Assembly (NCBI RefSeq): GCF_052425735.1
Contig: NC_135758.1
Coordinates: 1 to 64,000 of the forward strand
Length of the DNA stretch: 64,000 nt
DNA from: Oculina patagonica
Taxonomy: Eukaryota
Reading direction: 5' to 3'
Shown here one piece after another: positions 12,921-25,165 of this stretch (position 1 is the stretch's first letter; each line of letters opens with the position of its first letter). A program made the position numbers and the translations under genes. The notes under the pieces were generated by a model that saw nothing but the letters and a program-made list of their open reading frames with translations, had not been told where the DNA came from and did not search any database.

Positions 12921-14945
12921 CGGTGACACGGTGAAGTGACACAACTACGTATGAAACAATTTTGTTCTATTACTTTTATGAAGAGCCAAACAAATAAAAC
13001 AAATGCTGCTCAAAGGGGTGGTTGCAGCCCCCTCCCTGGATCCGCCTCTGGGTTCGTTTTACGCAGTTTTCGCTGTGGGACATTTCAATTTTGCCGAACC
13101 CCAAGGTAAGATCAAGACCAACCTAGACCTTTAGAACTTAGGGAATGGATATGAGAAGCCGCATGCCAAGTTTCATCACTTTATCTCGAAGCAAAGGCCG
13201 TCAAACCCGACAAGAAGTACGGCTAGCTAGTCACACCTACTCAAACAAAATCGGGCTCGTTTTATGCAGTTTTCGCTGTGGGACATTTCACAAGGTAAAA
13301 TCAAGACAAACCTAATCATAACGTGGCAATCAAGACAAATTTCACAAGGTAAAATCAAGACAAACCTAGACCTGTAGAACTTAGGGAATGGATATGAGAA
13401 GCAGCATGCCAAGTTTCATCACTTTATTTTCACGCAAAGGCCGTCAAACCCGACCAGAAGTACGACAAACACTAGCATGATGGACTAGTTTTTTCAATTT
13501 TTTAAACTTTACATTTCCTTCAATTCAAGGCCGCCTCCGAAGTTGTTTTGACAGCTTTGCGCAAACTATATACAAGGATTTAAGAGATTTAGAATTTTTG
13601 GGATATATTTAGACTAATTTTGACGAATTGGGAAGATAATAGGCCATTTTCATAAATTGCTGTCTCTTCCGCAAGTTACATTTTTACTTCCGGTTTTAGG
13701 ATGGTATTTCACTTCCGTGACCCTTAACTGGCAGAAAGGTTCTGCCATTCGCTGTTTTCACCGTTCCCATAATACATCTTGTTTACCCCCTAAAATTTGT
13801 GCAGAATCATTGTTTTCAAATTCTCTTTATGACGTACAATCGTCCCAAAAGAAATTGAAAACAATGCTTATGCAAAAAATTTGGGGGTAAACAAGATGTA
13901 TTATGGGATTGTGAAAAAAGCGAATGAAAGCTGAGAGTTTCACCCCTTGTCACTATATACCACTCGTATAGTGTGATCGGATGTCGTCCCGGGAATTAAA
14001 ATTTCTGACCGTCCCAGACCCCACACCTTTATCGATTCCAGACCTCCAACCTGCTAGACCGAGTATTACAAAATTCAAAATGGCCACTATAAAGGTAAAA
14101 ACGCGACACTCGAAAGCAAGATTTTTTTATTTATTGTCATAGCTGACTGTACACACTTAATGTAAGCAAAATCACGCCTTTTTGGCTAACATTACTTGCA
14201 AAAACCTCCCAACGATTTTAATGTCGGACAGTAGAAGTTTCCGAAATTAAACTGTCCGGAATTTTAAGCGTCTGAATTTTTTACAGTAATACTTAAAAGT
14301 ACGTACTTTCTTGGGCGACGCAATTAGAACTAGAACTCGGAGTAGGCTTTATCAATTCTTTTTATCATGTTCTCTTTTAGGTTTTTAGCCTATTTGCTTT
14401 CAGCTTTCGTCGTTTTACAAACTTGTCCTCCCAGGCTCATTTAACAATCTTCCGATTTTATAACGATGTCACTTGCAGAGAAAAGTAGGACTACCGTTAT
14501 GATTCGATTTAGCGCCCGGGGCGCTAATTTACTTTTGACACCTCGAGGGAGGGCGATTATTCGAGACAGGGCGCTTATTTAATTTTTTGAAAAAAACAAC
14601 CAAATGTATCTAACAATAACAGAAACTGTAACAGTTAGAAATTGTTAAAAGTTCAGTTATTTTTAAAATAATTGTTCATTTTAGCAGTAAATATATACAT
14701 GAACTGTACGGTGAACGGTCAGGAGTTCATCTATCCACAATAGGGGCACTTATTAGAATAGGGGTGCTTATAAGAATGGGACGCTTATTAGAATGGGGGC
14801 GCTTATTGGAAGGAGGGCGCTAAATCGAATCATTACAGTAATCAACCTACCTTGCAGATAACTGTTTTTCTTCTCATTTCCTCTTACCCCGAACTCTTTC
14901 TAATAAATAGTATTTTGTCCTAGATTGACTTATAGGTAAATTCTT

Positions 14946-16080
14946 CGGTGTACGATGAGTATCATGCGTTAAAATCTTGAAAAGTTACATGAAATCTTGA
15001 AAAAATACATAAAATCTTGAAAAGTTACATGATATCTTGAAAAAATACATTAAATCTTGAAAAGTGACATGAAATCTTGAAAAAATACATAAAATCTTGA
15101 AAAGTTACATGATATCTTGAAAAAATACATTAAATCTTGAAAAGTGAAATGAAATCTTGAAAAACACGAAAAATCTTGAAAACAAAGTGAAAAATCTTGA
15201 AAAACGCGAAAAATCTTGAAAAACACGAAAAATCTTGAAAAACGGTAAAAAATCTTGAAAAACGCAAAAAAATCTTGAAAAACGCGAAAAAAATCTTGAA
15301 AAACGCGAAAAATCTTGAAAAACACGAAAAATCTTGAAAAACGCAAAAAAATCTTGAAAAACGCAAAAAAATCTTGAAAAACGCAAAAAAATCTTGAAAA
15401 ACGCGAAAAAAATCTTGAAAACGCGAAAAAGCTTGAAGATTAATAAAGGTCAAATGAGATATTGATCTCACGTGAGACGACGTGCTTGCATGTTGAATAC
15501 ATGTCTGTTAGGCCAAACACTACTCCCTTTGAGCTGTTTCGGTAAAAGTATTGGTTGAGATTTGCGTTTTGGAACTCAACTAACTGCCTCCATTTTTTTA
15601 TTCGTTTTGTCTCGTTACTTGCATCCAACAAATAAACTGAGAGATCAAGAGAGAGATCAAGATCTCATTTGACCTTTTCATGATAATTTTCAAGCTTCCA
15701 GCGTTTATATCAACATTTTCGCGTGATTTTCAAGATTGTTTGGCGTTTTTCACGTTTTCTCGCGTTTTTCAAGATTTTTTCGCGTTTTCAAAATTTTTCG
15801 CGTTTTTCAAGATTTTTTTGCGTTTTCAAGATTTTTTCGCGTTTTCAAGATTTTTCGTGTTTTTCAAGATTTTTCGCGTTTTTCAAGATTTTTTTCGCGT
15901 TTTCAAGATTTTTTCGCGTTTTTCAAGATTTTTCACTTTGTTTTCGAGATTTTTTCGTGTTTTTCAAGATTTCATGTCACTTTTCAAGATTTTTTATGTA
16001 TTTTTTCAAGATTTCATGTAACTTTTCAAGATTTTATGTATTTTTTCAAGATTTTAACGCATGATACTCATCGTACACCG
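14946..16080. mobile_element. Foldback (FB/MuDR-like) element whose TIRs are ~20-bp AAATCTTGAAAA-core tandem arrays
   Basis: Terminal inverted cggtgtacgatgagtatcatgcgttaaaatcttg; inverted arrays at 14970-15435 and 15725-16055; unique centre bounded by aaaggtcaaatgagat / atctcatttgaccttt; imperfect aaattct flank duplication. Confidence 0.8.
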
Positions 16081-16441
16081 TAAAATTCTATTACATATGC
16101 GTGCTGCTGACAGCAAAGATAATTTACAAATGAGTGTTGTTGGTTTTGTTTATTCCCATGTTGCTTCAGACGCTGAGTTTGGCTTAAAAACGTACAGCAA
16201 CCTAATTATAAAAAAAGCCGTCTCTTGTTAACATTTTAAAGTCCGATTTCAGTTCATTTCCTGATGTGAACAACTCCATTTTCCAGTGATATGCAGAGAT
16301 AGTTTTTTTCTCGCTGTTAGCTGTTAAAGTTGCTTAGGATCTCCAAGTAGAAATTCACATCAGCTGCTGTGTCACAGTTACACATGTAGTCGATGCACCT
16401 GAACGGAGAACCTTTCTGCTTGTTCTATCTAAAGTCCACCG

Positions 16442-19400
16442 CTATGTGGAGCCTTGAATGATTTTTCTAATTCTATCTGAGTCCCTTTGCAAGTCTGTGT
16501 TCTGTGGATCAAGTTTTAGAGCTGATTCATAATCCTGAAGAGCTGTAAAGAAAAACAACGAGTATCAGCATGTAACCTGGCCGATAAACACCTTGACGTG
16601 GAAAAAAATAAATCTATAATTATAGTAAGCTGACGTCTCGTTAGCCTTGCTCAATGCAAATCCCAGGAGACTGTTTAAGAGGCTGTATCTGTAATAGTGG
16701 TCTGCCCGATCTGGCTTGTTAAATAGATTTCGCTCTTTTCTAGTGTGTTGCAAGACTTTCATGTACTTATACTAAAAACACAATTCACTTGACCGGATCA
16801 TTAATTTTTTTCGAGTTTTTAAGGATTTTCGGTTCACCCGAACGAGCACTTGTAACGACCACTGTCAAGGCTTAAATTTACCACAACTTTGAAAATTAAT
16901 TAAAAAAGAACTAACAACTTCTGTACCAAACAAATACTACAGCCTGTTAAATTATGTCTTTTTTATTTATCACACCAACTTTCACGAACATTGAGCTCGA
17001 ATCAAGCTAGCAGCAAAACATTAATGACACCCCTATCATACACCTTGATGAAACACTTGAAAACGGCTCAGATTCAAACTTTATTTTTGAAAAAGTGAGG
17101 CGGTCTACTTCAATCAAACCAACGCAGCCGAAAAGTAGATGTAATAGAAAATGTTCCTATCGAAAAAAACCTTTTGGTATCGTCTTAATGAAATATTTAC
17201 AGCTGTGTAAACTTGCCCAATTTCGAAGATCTTCATGTTTGCAGCCATTTTGAGGGACTCGTCGGGACGAGGAGTTTCATCAACTGGCCTCGCAGACATA
17301 CCTCACACCTTCAGAAATAAACTAAGATTAGATATTAATGCAGTGCAGTTCAACTGAAAGAGAATAAATCGTGTTTAAAAATGGAAGCTCGACTTACATT
17401 TTGACTGTTACGGACGTCTACGGACGTACGGTTGTTACTATTGCAATTTCGCTCGATGATTCCACTAGAAATAACAATATTTGACATACAAACTTCGACT
17501 TAATGTAACCTATGAATCAGCTCAAGGCAGTATCTTTGTGCTTTTCCTTCCTTACTGGCGTACAGCAAAGATTTTCCATCGCAAAACGTTGAACGTCGAA
17601 GAAACAGCTGAAGAAACGGCCTGTCGGTCACTACTTCATGTATGAGGCACTATACGGTACACATACGGTACACAACGGTACTCCATACATGAAGTATATA
17701 ACCGACCAATCGATAAACATGTCAGTTTGGTCTTCTTTACCTGATGCTTGCTGTTTTGTCGTGAAAACAACTTCGCTGTACGCCGGTAATGTAGGGAAAG
17801 CACTAGGTTACTACCTTTAACTGATTCAAACGCTACATTCAGTCAAAGTCTGCGTGTCAAATATTGTTATTTGTTGTGGAATCATCAAGCGAAATTCGAA
17901 CAAGAATGACCTTACGCCCGTAGAAATCGTTGAAATGTAAGTCGAGCTTCCATTTTTAAACACGATTTATTCTCTTTCAGTTGAACTGCAATGCATTTAT
18001 ATCTAATCTTTGTCTATTTCTGATGGTGTTAGGTATGTCTGCGAGGCCAGTTGATGAAACTCCTCGTCCTGACGAGTCCCTCAAAATGGCTGCAAACATG
18101 AAGATCTTCGAAATTGGGCAAGTTTACACAGCTGTAAATATTTCATTAAGACGATACCAAAAGGTTTTTTTCGATAGGAACATTTTCTATTACATCTACT
18201 TTTCGGCTGCGTTGGTTTGATTGAAGTAGACCGCCTCACTTTTTCAAAAATAAAGTTTGAATCTGAGCCGTTTTCAAGTGTTTCATCAAGGTGTGTGATA
18301 GGGGTGTCGTTAATGTTTTGCTGCTAGCTTGATTCGAGCTCAATGTTCGTGAAATGTAGTGTGATAAATTAAAAAGACATAATTTAACAGGCTGTAGTGT
18401 TTGTTTGGTACAGAAGTTGTTAGTTCTTTTTTAATTAATTTTCAAAGTTGTGGTAAATTTAAGCCTTGACAGTGGTCGTTACAAGTGCTCGTTCGGGTGA
18501 AACGAAAATCCTTAAAAACTCGAAAAAAATTAATGATCCGGTCAAGTGAATTGTGTTTTTAGTATAAGTACATGAAAGTCTTGCAACACACTAGAAAAGA
18601 GCGAAATCTATTTAACAAGCCAGATCGGGCAGACCACTATTACAGATACAGCCTCTTAAGTTTCATGCCATCTTTGTATTTGAAAGAGGAAAACGTGGGA
18701 TGGTTAGTGTACTTCACTCCGGATTGAGCAGTCTGCGTTGGAGCCTCTAGCGGAGGGGTTCGTCACGAGGGTCACACCCCCCCCCCTCCCTCTTGCAACT
18801 TTTTAACTCGCCGTTTTTCGTGCTTATCTCGCTTTTCGCGCTGCTTCCCAAAAAACCGAATACCTCTAACGGGCTTTGTGTTCTTAGGCTTGTAATTTAA
18901 GTTACTCTTATTAAGTGCCTCTCTCTTTAAAGGTGCTTGGAGGGGGGGAGGGAGGGTAAGAAAAAGAAAGCATCAGCCACGTCACGGACTTCGCATCTTA
19001 AAAACTGGCCGTCTTTCGTTATCAGATTCGTTATCGGTCTTATAACCCATTTATAGCACAACTTCTTTAAGTAAACCAAGTTTAACCAATAAAAATCATC
19101 AAAAGAAAAAACTGAGAGGCTGAATTTGACTTGGGGTGCAAGTAGGCTCTAACTTGTGCTTCCATTATACTAAATTTAAAGTCGGCAAACCGCAGAGAGA
19201 AACTTCTAATAATGAAGAAAAACAAAGGAAATCAAATTTAAACATTGTTTAACTAAACAGCTCTTAAACTTAAGCTTCAGTGTGAATGGGGCATTTATCT
19301 TCCTCAGTCTTATTTATTATCTGTGTATGACTACTTCTTTTCGATGCTTTGGTGTTTCTATCCGACGCAGACTTACGGGTAACGCTGTCTTTATAAGCCA

Positions 19401-22400
19401 AATACAGAAAAATAGACATTCGTCTTAGGGAATTTGCGTTTTAAAAAGGTAATAGTTTTAGAGGATACCTGTTTTCTCTTAAAGACATCCGTTTGAGAGA
19501 GGCATCAAGTGATCGCTTTGTTGCATAACAAGTGTTGCTTACCTAAAACGTATTCTTGCAGTTGCATGTAAGCAGTTCCTCTTCTAACATGCGCCTTACA
19601 TCTGGATGCACAATTGGCCTGAACTGGCGGCACAAGGAGCTCTAATGACTGATGAACAAAACAAATACAACTGGAATTAACGAATGTATGGAACAAATGA
19701 ACGTTTTTCAAAAAAGAGAGCTTAAGTAAAGAATCTTACACTTGTACAGTCTTGTATGCATTCTTTGTATTGTTTTAATTGAAGATGGCAAGCTGCTCTG
19801 TTGGAATACAATCTTTAAAAAGTTAAGGAAAAAGTCACTCTTTCACCTAAACTTGCTCCAAGTTGGTCGTTTACAAATCAGGGCACGTTGGATTTGCTTG
19901 TCAGACGTGCAGGTTAAAAAACGTGGAACACGTGCGCCTGGTAACGAAGCATCTCCAAGCCATATTGACACGCCTATTGCTCGAAAGATATATTTTAGCC
20001 TCTCGCGTGGCATTGACATCAACAACCTTCTGCCCTAAATAAGACCCACGAGCTTCACTCTAATAAACCATTGTACCCATTTATAGAGAGCTAATAACTT
20101 GGAGCAAGTCTTGCTTTCACCACGATCAAGCCATTGTTTGGTTAAATTCTAACAATCTAGTTAAAAGTCGGTGACCCTTTTCAAAATACCATCCTTGTAA
20201 GAAAATAACAAGCACAAAGTTATAGTGTTCATTAAAAAAGTCTTACAAAACTACTTCTCAAAGGAAATGCAACAGACAATTACTGGCAGTGAGTATTGGC
20301 CCAGGCGATGGCCATTAAAAAAGCTACTTTTATGCTCTTAAAGTGTACCTCGGCTGTAAAACAGTTCTGGCCAAAATAATGTTTACCACAGTCTAAAACC
20401 GTTTTGGTTATTAAAATTCGTGGACACGTTTTTAATTCGAAGACTGGGCCTTTGATTGGTCAATTTTTGTGCCAGCACGGGAAATTTTTTCCCTTGTCCA
20501 GTATGATTTGTAATTTAGACATTATTTCAAACAGCTCAACGTCAACTTGCCTCAAGAGCAGAACTTCCTTTTAATCTTTCCCCTTTTTGTATCCCAACCT
20601 CCCCCCCCACCCCCACCCCCCAAAAAAACACTTTGAGCAGTGTGGAAATAAAGGATACGATGGAATAGAGTCATCCAGGACAATGGCTGCAGTGAATGCG
20701 TTAATTGCTGCTACAAAGTTTCCTGCCTTGTAAAATCCACTGTTGAATAAAAATCAATAATAAGTCAGACCATCATAAAAGTGGGTTCATGACTCTTCAT
20801 TAAACTGCAAACAAATTCCTTCTTCCATTTCAAACTTTCTATTATGTAATTATGCTTCAGAGATTTAGAATATTAGAGCGGTTTTCACTTGAGTGTCGAA
20901 AGTAAATTGCGTTAGCTTTGGATTTGCATTGCTACGCTCAGTGATTGCACCACTTTCTCAGCGAATCAGAACTAAAACCAAAACCAATCGCGACTAGCTC
21001 GCGCACGTTTTCCTGCCCTTTGTGCCGGCTACATGTAGTTTCTTCGAGTTTTGATTGGTTTACTGGATTGTCTGTGTCCTCTGTGATTGGCCAGAGTAAT
21101 CACTTTGGTTTTGGTCTTACGACACTCAATTGAAAATCGCTCTATCTTCTGGATTTCTTTATCAAAGTCCTTTTTTGTTTACCTGATTTTTTGTTTGTTT
21201 CCTTTCTTTTACATTGGCTGTTTCATTTGCTTTCTTGAATTAATTTATTCATGTGTTTTCCCTATTTACCCAGCTCCATTCATTATACTGATTTGAGTGT
21301 ACACTGAGGCAAATATCAAGAATTTAAACTCATCTAATAATACCTATTAGTCTTGCACTTAAAACCAACTCACATTCCTTTGTCTTTCAGCCATACTGGG
21401 TTCATTTCTTCCATATCAACAGCATCAGTGTTAGTATTATCTGTTTTGCGACCAGCACTGGCCATCTTTTTTAGCCACTAAATGAAAAACAAAGGTAGTT
21501 GTGTTGTTTATGGTTGCCCTTTAGTTCATTGTGGGTAACTGGTTAAGTTATGTAATTTAAATCTTACTTCTTTTTTCTAACATCTGATTAGAAGGGAATT
21601 GCTTAAGGTGCCCATGAAGTAAAATATAATTGCTGTATATTTTAAAGGCTTTTCAAAATAAAGTGGAAAGGGCGTTTTCCTTTTTGCAATATCTTTTTTA
21701 GTTTTAGAGATATTTTCGTTTTTGTATTATGCAAATGAGAAAAGTGATGATTTTATTTATTGTTCCACAAAAAGAAGAAGCACTGAATCAATAATATCTC
21801 TAGGAATATTTGAGCTGTGTTCATCAAACTTGGCACCATTTTTTACACCACAAAAGGCACAAAATGACACCTGTCATGCCATTGCCATGGCAACCATTTT
21901 GTTGCAAATACCTATTTTAATTAATACTCACATCCCCAGTTTTTGCTTAACTAAAGATGATCCACTCCCAACGAGCTAGTGAGGAGAGTTAGGGTAATAT
22001 GGGCATCATGTGTGCTTCAAGCCGGACCCTCTGTCCCACATTTAAGGGGTGCAAATGGAGATATTCAGTTTATGAAAGAAAGAGACTGGATCCATGAGTG
22101 TTGCCATGGTTATGTCATAGTATGAGCAATCTTGCACATTTGAGGAAGGTCACTTCCGATGCCAAGTTTAAATAATATAACTGTTTTATTTTCAGAGAAA
22201 TCTTTGATTTTGTGATGTATCTTTCAGTGGAACAATTTTATGACGTTATCACTTTCCTTATTTGCATAACATAAAAACTTGAATATCTCCTGAACGAAAT
22301 AAGATTTTTCAAAACGGTAAATGCCATTCTTCTTTATTTGTAAACGTCTTTCAAATAAGCATCAATTAAAGTAATAAAGTTTCTAGATTTGCATTCCTAT

Positions 22401-25020
22401 TTTTCTAATTCTATGGCAACAACCAGTGGAAACTCTAGAGATGGGCATTTTCTTGCTCCAAAAAGAGACCTAAAAATTTTCTGGGCCCTTAAAGGCTTGT
22501 CTTTTTCCATATCATAATGTCCTTGTGAAGTGAGGAGGGGAGAAGGGGAACACACACTGAAACACTCTCCAAATGCATCCCTGCCACCTGGTGAGTTATG
22601 CCCCGTGGCATCAAACATTGTTTCCAGGTATGGTGTTGTTCCAGAAAACTTCCATACTCTTTCCATGGGAGGTTAGTTGGTTTAAGTACCCCCACCCCTC
22701 TGGAAATTCCAGTTAAGATCCATACTTTCCTTTAAAAATTTTGGCATTTGAGACCCCACCCCCAGCCAGTCAGAATTTCCAATGACCTTCCATAGGGTGG
22801 GTATAGATACAGCCCATTCTTGTGATCTAGGACATTACGGACCTTCTCAAATTCATAAAAAGAAAAAATTAAAAAAAAGTGTACCCCCTTAACAAACAAA
22901 GAGGAAGGGGTATAGATGTCAGAGATGTGAGATGTAAAACAAACCTCTTCCTCTTCTGGAGCTTTTGACTCCCTGGCAGCTGTTTTGAAAACCCTTGGAG
23001 TGAATGACACTGAAATTGAACCTGATGACCTGGGTTCAGGCACTGGCTTCTCAAACAACTCTTTCCTTTTACCTAACAAACAAAATAAAAATTGTGAATA
23101 AAGGGAATGAAAGGGTTACTGAGAGAATTATAGACCGTAGGTATTGTTCATACCATTTGTTTGTTGTTTATTGTGAATTTTCTTTGCCGCTGGTTTTTTG
23201 TTTGTCTTTTGCATTTCTTTAGTTTCTTCAATGCTTGAATCAACATTTGTTTTCGACATGTTGACTTCCTCTATTTCAGTAATTTCTTGTTTTGATCTTT
23301 CTTGTTCTTTGCTGGATTGTACTTGTTGGTTTTCTTTCCATCTTTCAATTGCTTCTGTGGCCTTCTTACGTTCTTCTTCCTTTATAGCATCTATTCTGGC
23401 TCTTTCCTCCTGTTCTAACTGGTAACAAACATACGACAAGGGAATAAAAACATGAATTTAAAAAATCAAAACACTGTCTTATAAAGTATTGAGACAAAGA
23501 AGTGGACTAAAAGATTGCCTTCAAGGCATGGAAACAAGGGCTGGGAGTGTTTTGTTCCATAAAATATCCATACCCTTCCCACGGAACGTTCTTCGGTTAA
23601 AATCCTCCTCTCGAAATTCCATTTTAGCTTCATACTTTCCTTTAAAAAATTTTGGATTTTATACCCCCACTGCCCCACTCCTCCTCCTCTGAATTTCTAA
23701 TGACCTTCTTTGGGGCAGGGGTGGATATTTTTGGAACCACGCAATTTCCCTTAAGCAAAAAAAATATATATCCCCCATTCTGTTTTCTCTTTCTTCCATC
23801 CCTGCCTTCCATTCCTCTCAAAGTCACTTTTGACTTCAGATTTTGTTCACAAATGATTCAACTAAGAAAGCTTCACCAAGGAGGGATAGAGTTCAGTGTT
23901 GATTTACATGCCGGCCAGGGATATATATGAGACAACCTTTTGAAGAAATTGCAGAAAAAATTATTTTAATGGTGGAAATTAAATGTACGTACATGTACAT
24001 AGTTACAAGAAAGAAATCTGCCTCTGGATCCTATTAAAAGGGGGCTGATGGCTGGAGCCCAGCCTAAAACTTTCACTGTGGAGCCTGGACGCCCCATTGT
24101 TTTGCTGCTTGGAGCCCTTTGTTGCAAAACCCTGAGAATGTTTGTCACAGAACCTCAAACCCCATTTTTTGCCAGAGTGCATTTTACGTAGGTTTCGCCG
24201 AAGATCTTTAACATGGATTTCAAAATTGCGCGGAATACTGGCATATGATCATAGTCGGCACCTTTAAACTGTGGTACAGATGACCTTTTTTGTATGAATA
24301 AAGAAGGACCTTGGCGTAGACCTATAAAAAAACTTGGCGTAAACATGGAATGCAACCTGGCATTTTTTGGGTACCTGGGGCCTTGGAGTGCGGCTTCTTT
24401 GGGCCTGGAGCCCTGCCTCATATAAGACATAAAAAGTAAACTTGTCAGTTAAGATAATAGCTGTTAACGATTAACATGATATTATTCAGCAACAAACCTT
24501 CATTTGCTCTTTAAGTGCCAATTTCTCTTGTTCTCTTTTCTCTGCTGCTTTACGTTCCTTTTCTTCTTCTGCTCTCTTGTGTGCTTTACCAACAGCTTCT
24601 TCTCGTTTTCTTTTCATGAATTCTTTGTCCTCTGATTCAGAGACCAGTAACTGGTTCCATTGCAAAGGGCTTTTCTTAACCAGTTGAAATTTGATAACTC
24701 CATTACCAAAAGTCGCTTTACTTTTGGTGTCTTCAACTTCATTAAACAGACAGACTTCAAAAATATATGGTGGATAGCTAACCTGTGAAAATATAATATC
24801 AACATTTTAACCATTTTTATCCAAAGAAAGAGTAGAAAGCTGATCTCAATTTGTGATTTATTTATTGGCAAGGCAATTTGGCCCAATGCTAACTAACCTT
24901 GATGTAGTCATCAATCGAAAATATGTCTACTCGATTTGGGGGCACTCCTTTCAACGGAACAGTAATTAAAACTGTCTCACCGCTCTCCTCCCAATCGTAA
25001 TCTTTCACCTGTATCGGCAT
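16442..25020 (-). CDS. DNAAF4: Dynein axonemal assembly factor 4 (DYX1C1), CS/p23 + TPR protein, 9 exons
   Basis: Exons 24898-25020 ([13 protein letters not shown]...PLKGV), 24498-24782, 23154-23418, 22945-23072 ([23 protein letters not shown]), 21374-21477, 20659-20739, 19740-19812 ([10 protein letters not shown]), 19543-19648 (KAHVRRGTA), 16442-16542 ([12 protein letters not shown]...IIQGST*). All introns GT-AG with consistent phases. Confidence 0.95.
16679..18655. mobile_element. ~2-kb palindromic non-autonomous transposon, TTAA TSD (Kolobok-like), in the last DNAAF4 intron
   Basis: ttaa-gaggctgtatctg...cagatacagcctc-ttaa; ~720-bp near-identical outer arms (mirror ORFs 17114- and 17981+) and degenerate inner arms. 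Confidence 0.9.
19813..20658 (-). other. U12-type (minor spliceosome) GT-AG intron in DNAAF4
   Basis: Donor GTATCCTTT (20650-20658) and branch site TTCCTTAAC (19822-19830) 9 nt before the exon. Confidence 0.9.
20874..21144. mobile_element. MITE (agagcggttttcacttgagtgtcg family; degenerate copy ~44162-44300)
   Basis: TIRs tagagcggttttcacttgagtgtcg / cgacactcaattgaaaatcgctcta. Confidence 0.75.
21607..22489. mobile_element. Degenerate TTAA-flanked non-autonomous DNA transposon
   Basis: ttaa-ggtgcccatgaag ... ttctgggccc-ttaa with decayed inverted arms. Confidence 0.55.
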
Positions 25021-25165
25021 TTTACCACATTTTAACTTCTAAAACAAGGTAAACGCTGTTTTTGAGTCATATTTCTCTTCCCTTACACAAAATCTACCAG
25101 GCGCGTTTCTAAATGGTTCCCAGACCTCTTAATTTTAGTCATATCGCGCCAACTTCGAATCAAAC
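25021..25165. promoter_or_regulatory. Bidirectional promoter DNAAF4/NUDT15
   Basis: Divergent ATGs separated by 145 bp; YY1-like aacatggcgg overlaps the NUDT15 start codon. Confidence 0.7.

Larger units (their letters stand above)
8840..15435. repeat. Tandem segmental duplication (~2.3-kb unit; copy 1 8840-12920, copy 2 12933-15435)
   Basis: Near-identical sequence. Offset is 4093 before and 2303 after the 1790-bp insertion in copy 1; identical ORFs at 9134 and 13227. Confidence 0.95.

Noticed and set aside
14946-16080. CRISPR-like repeat-spacer appearance
   Set aside because: Spacers are ~8 bp and recurrent, the arrays are inverted transposon arms, the context is eukaryotic and there are no cas genes.
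12683-16083. F/K/R-rich ORFs in several frames
   Set aside because: They are translations of the AAATCTTGAAAA minisatellite, open in all three frames; not genes.
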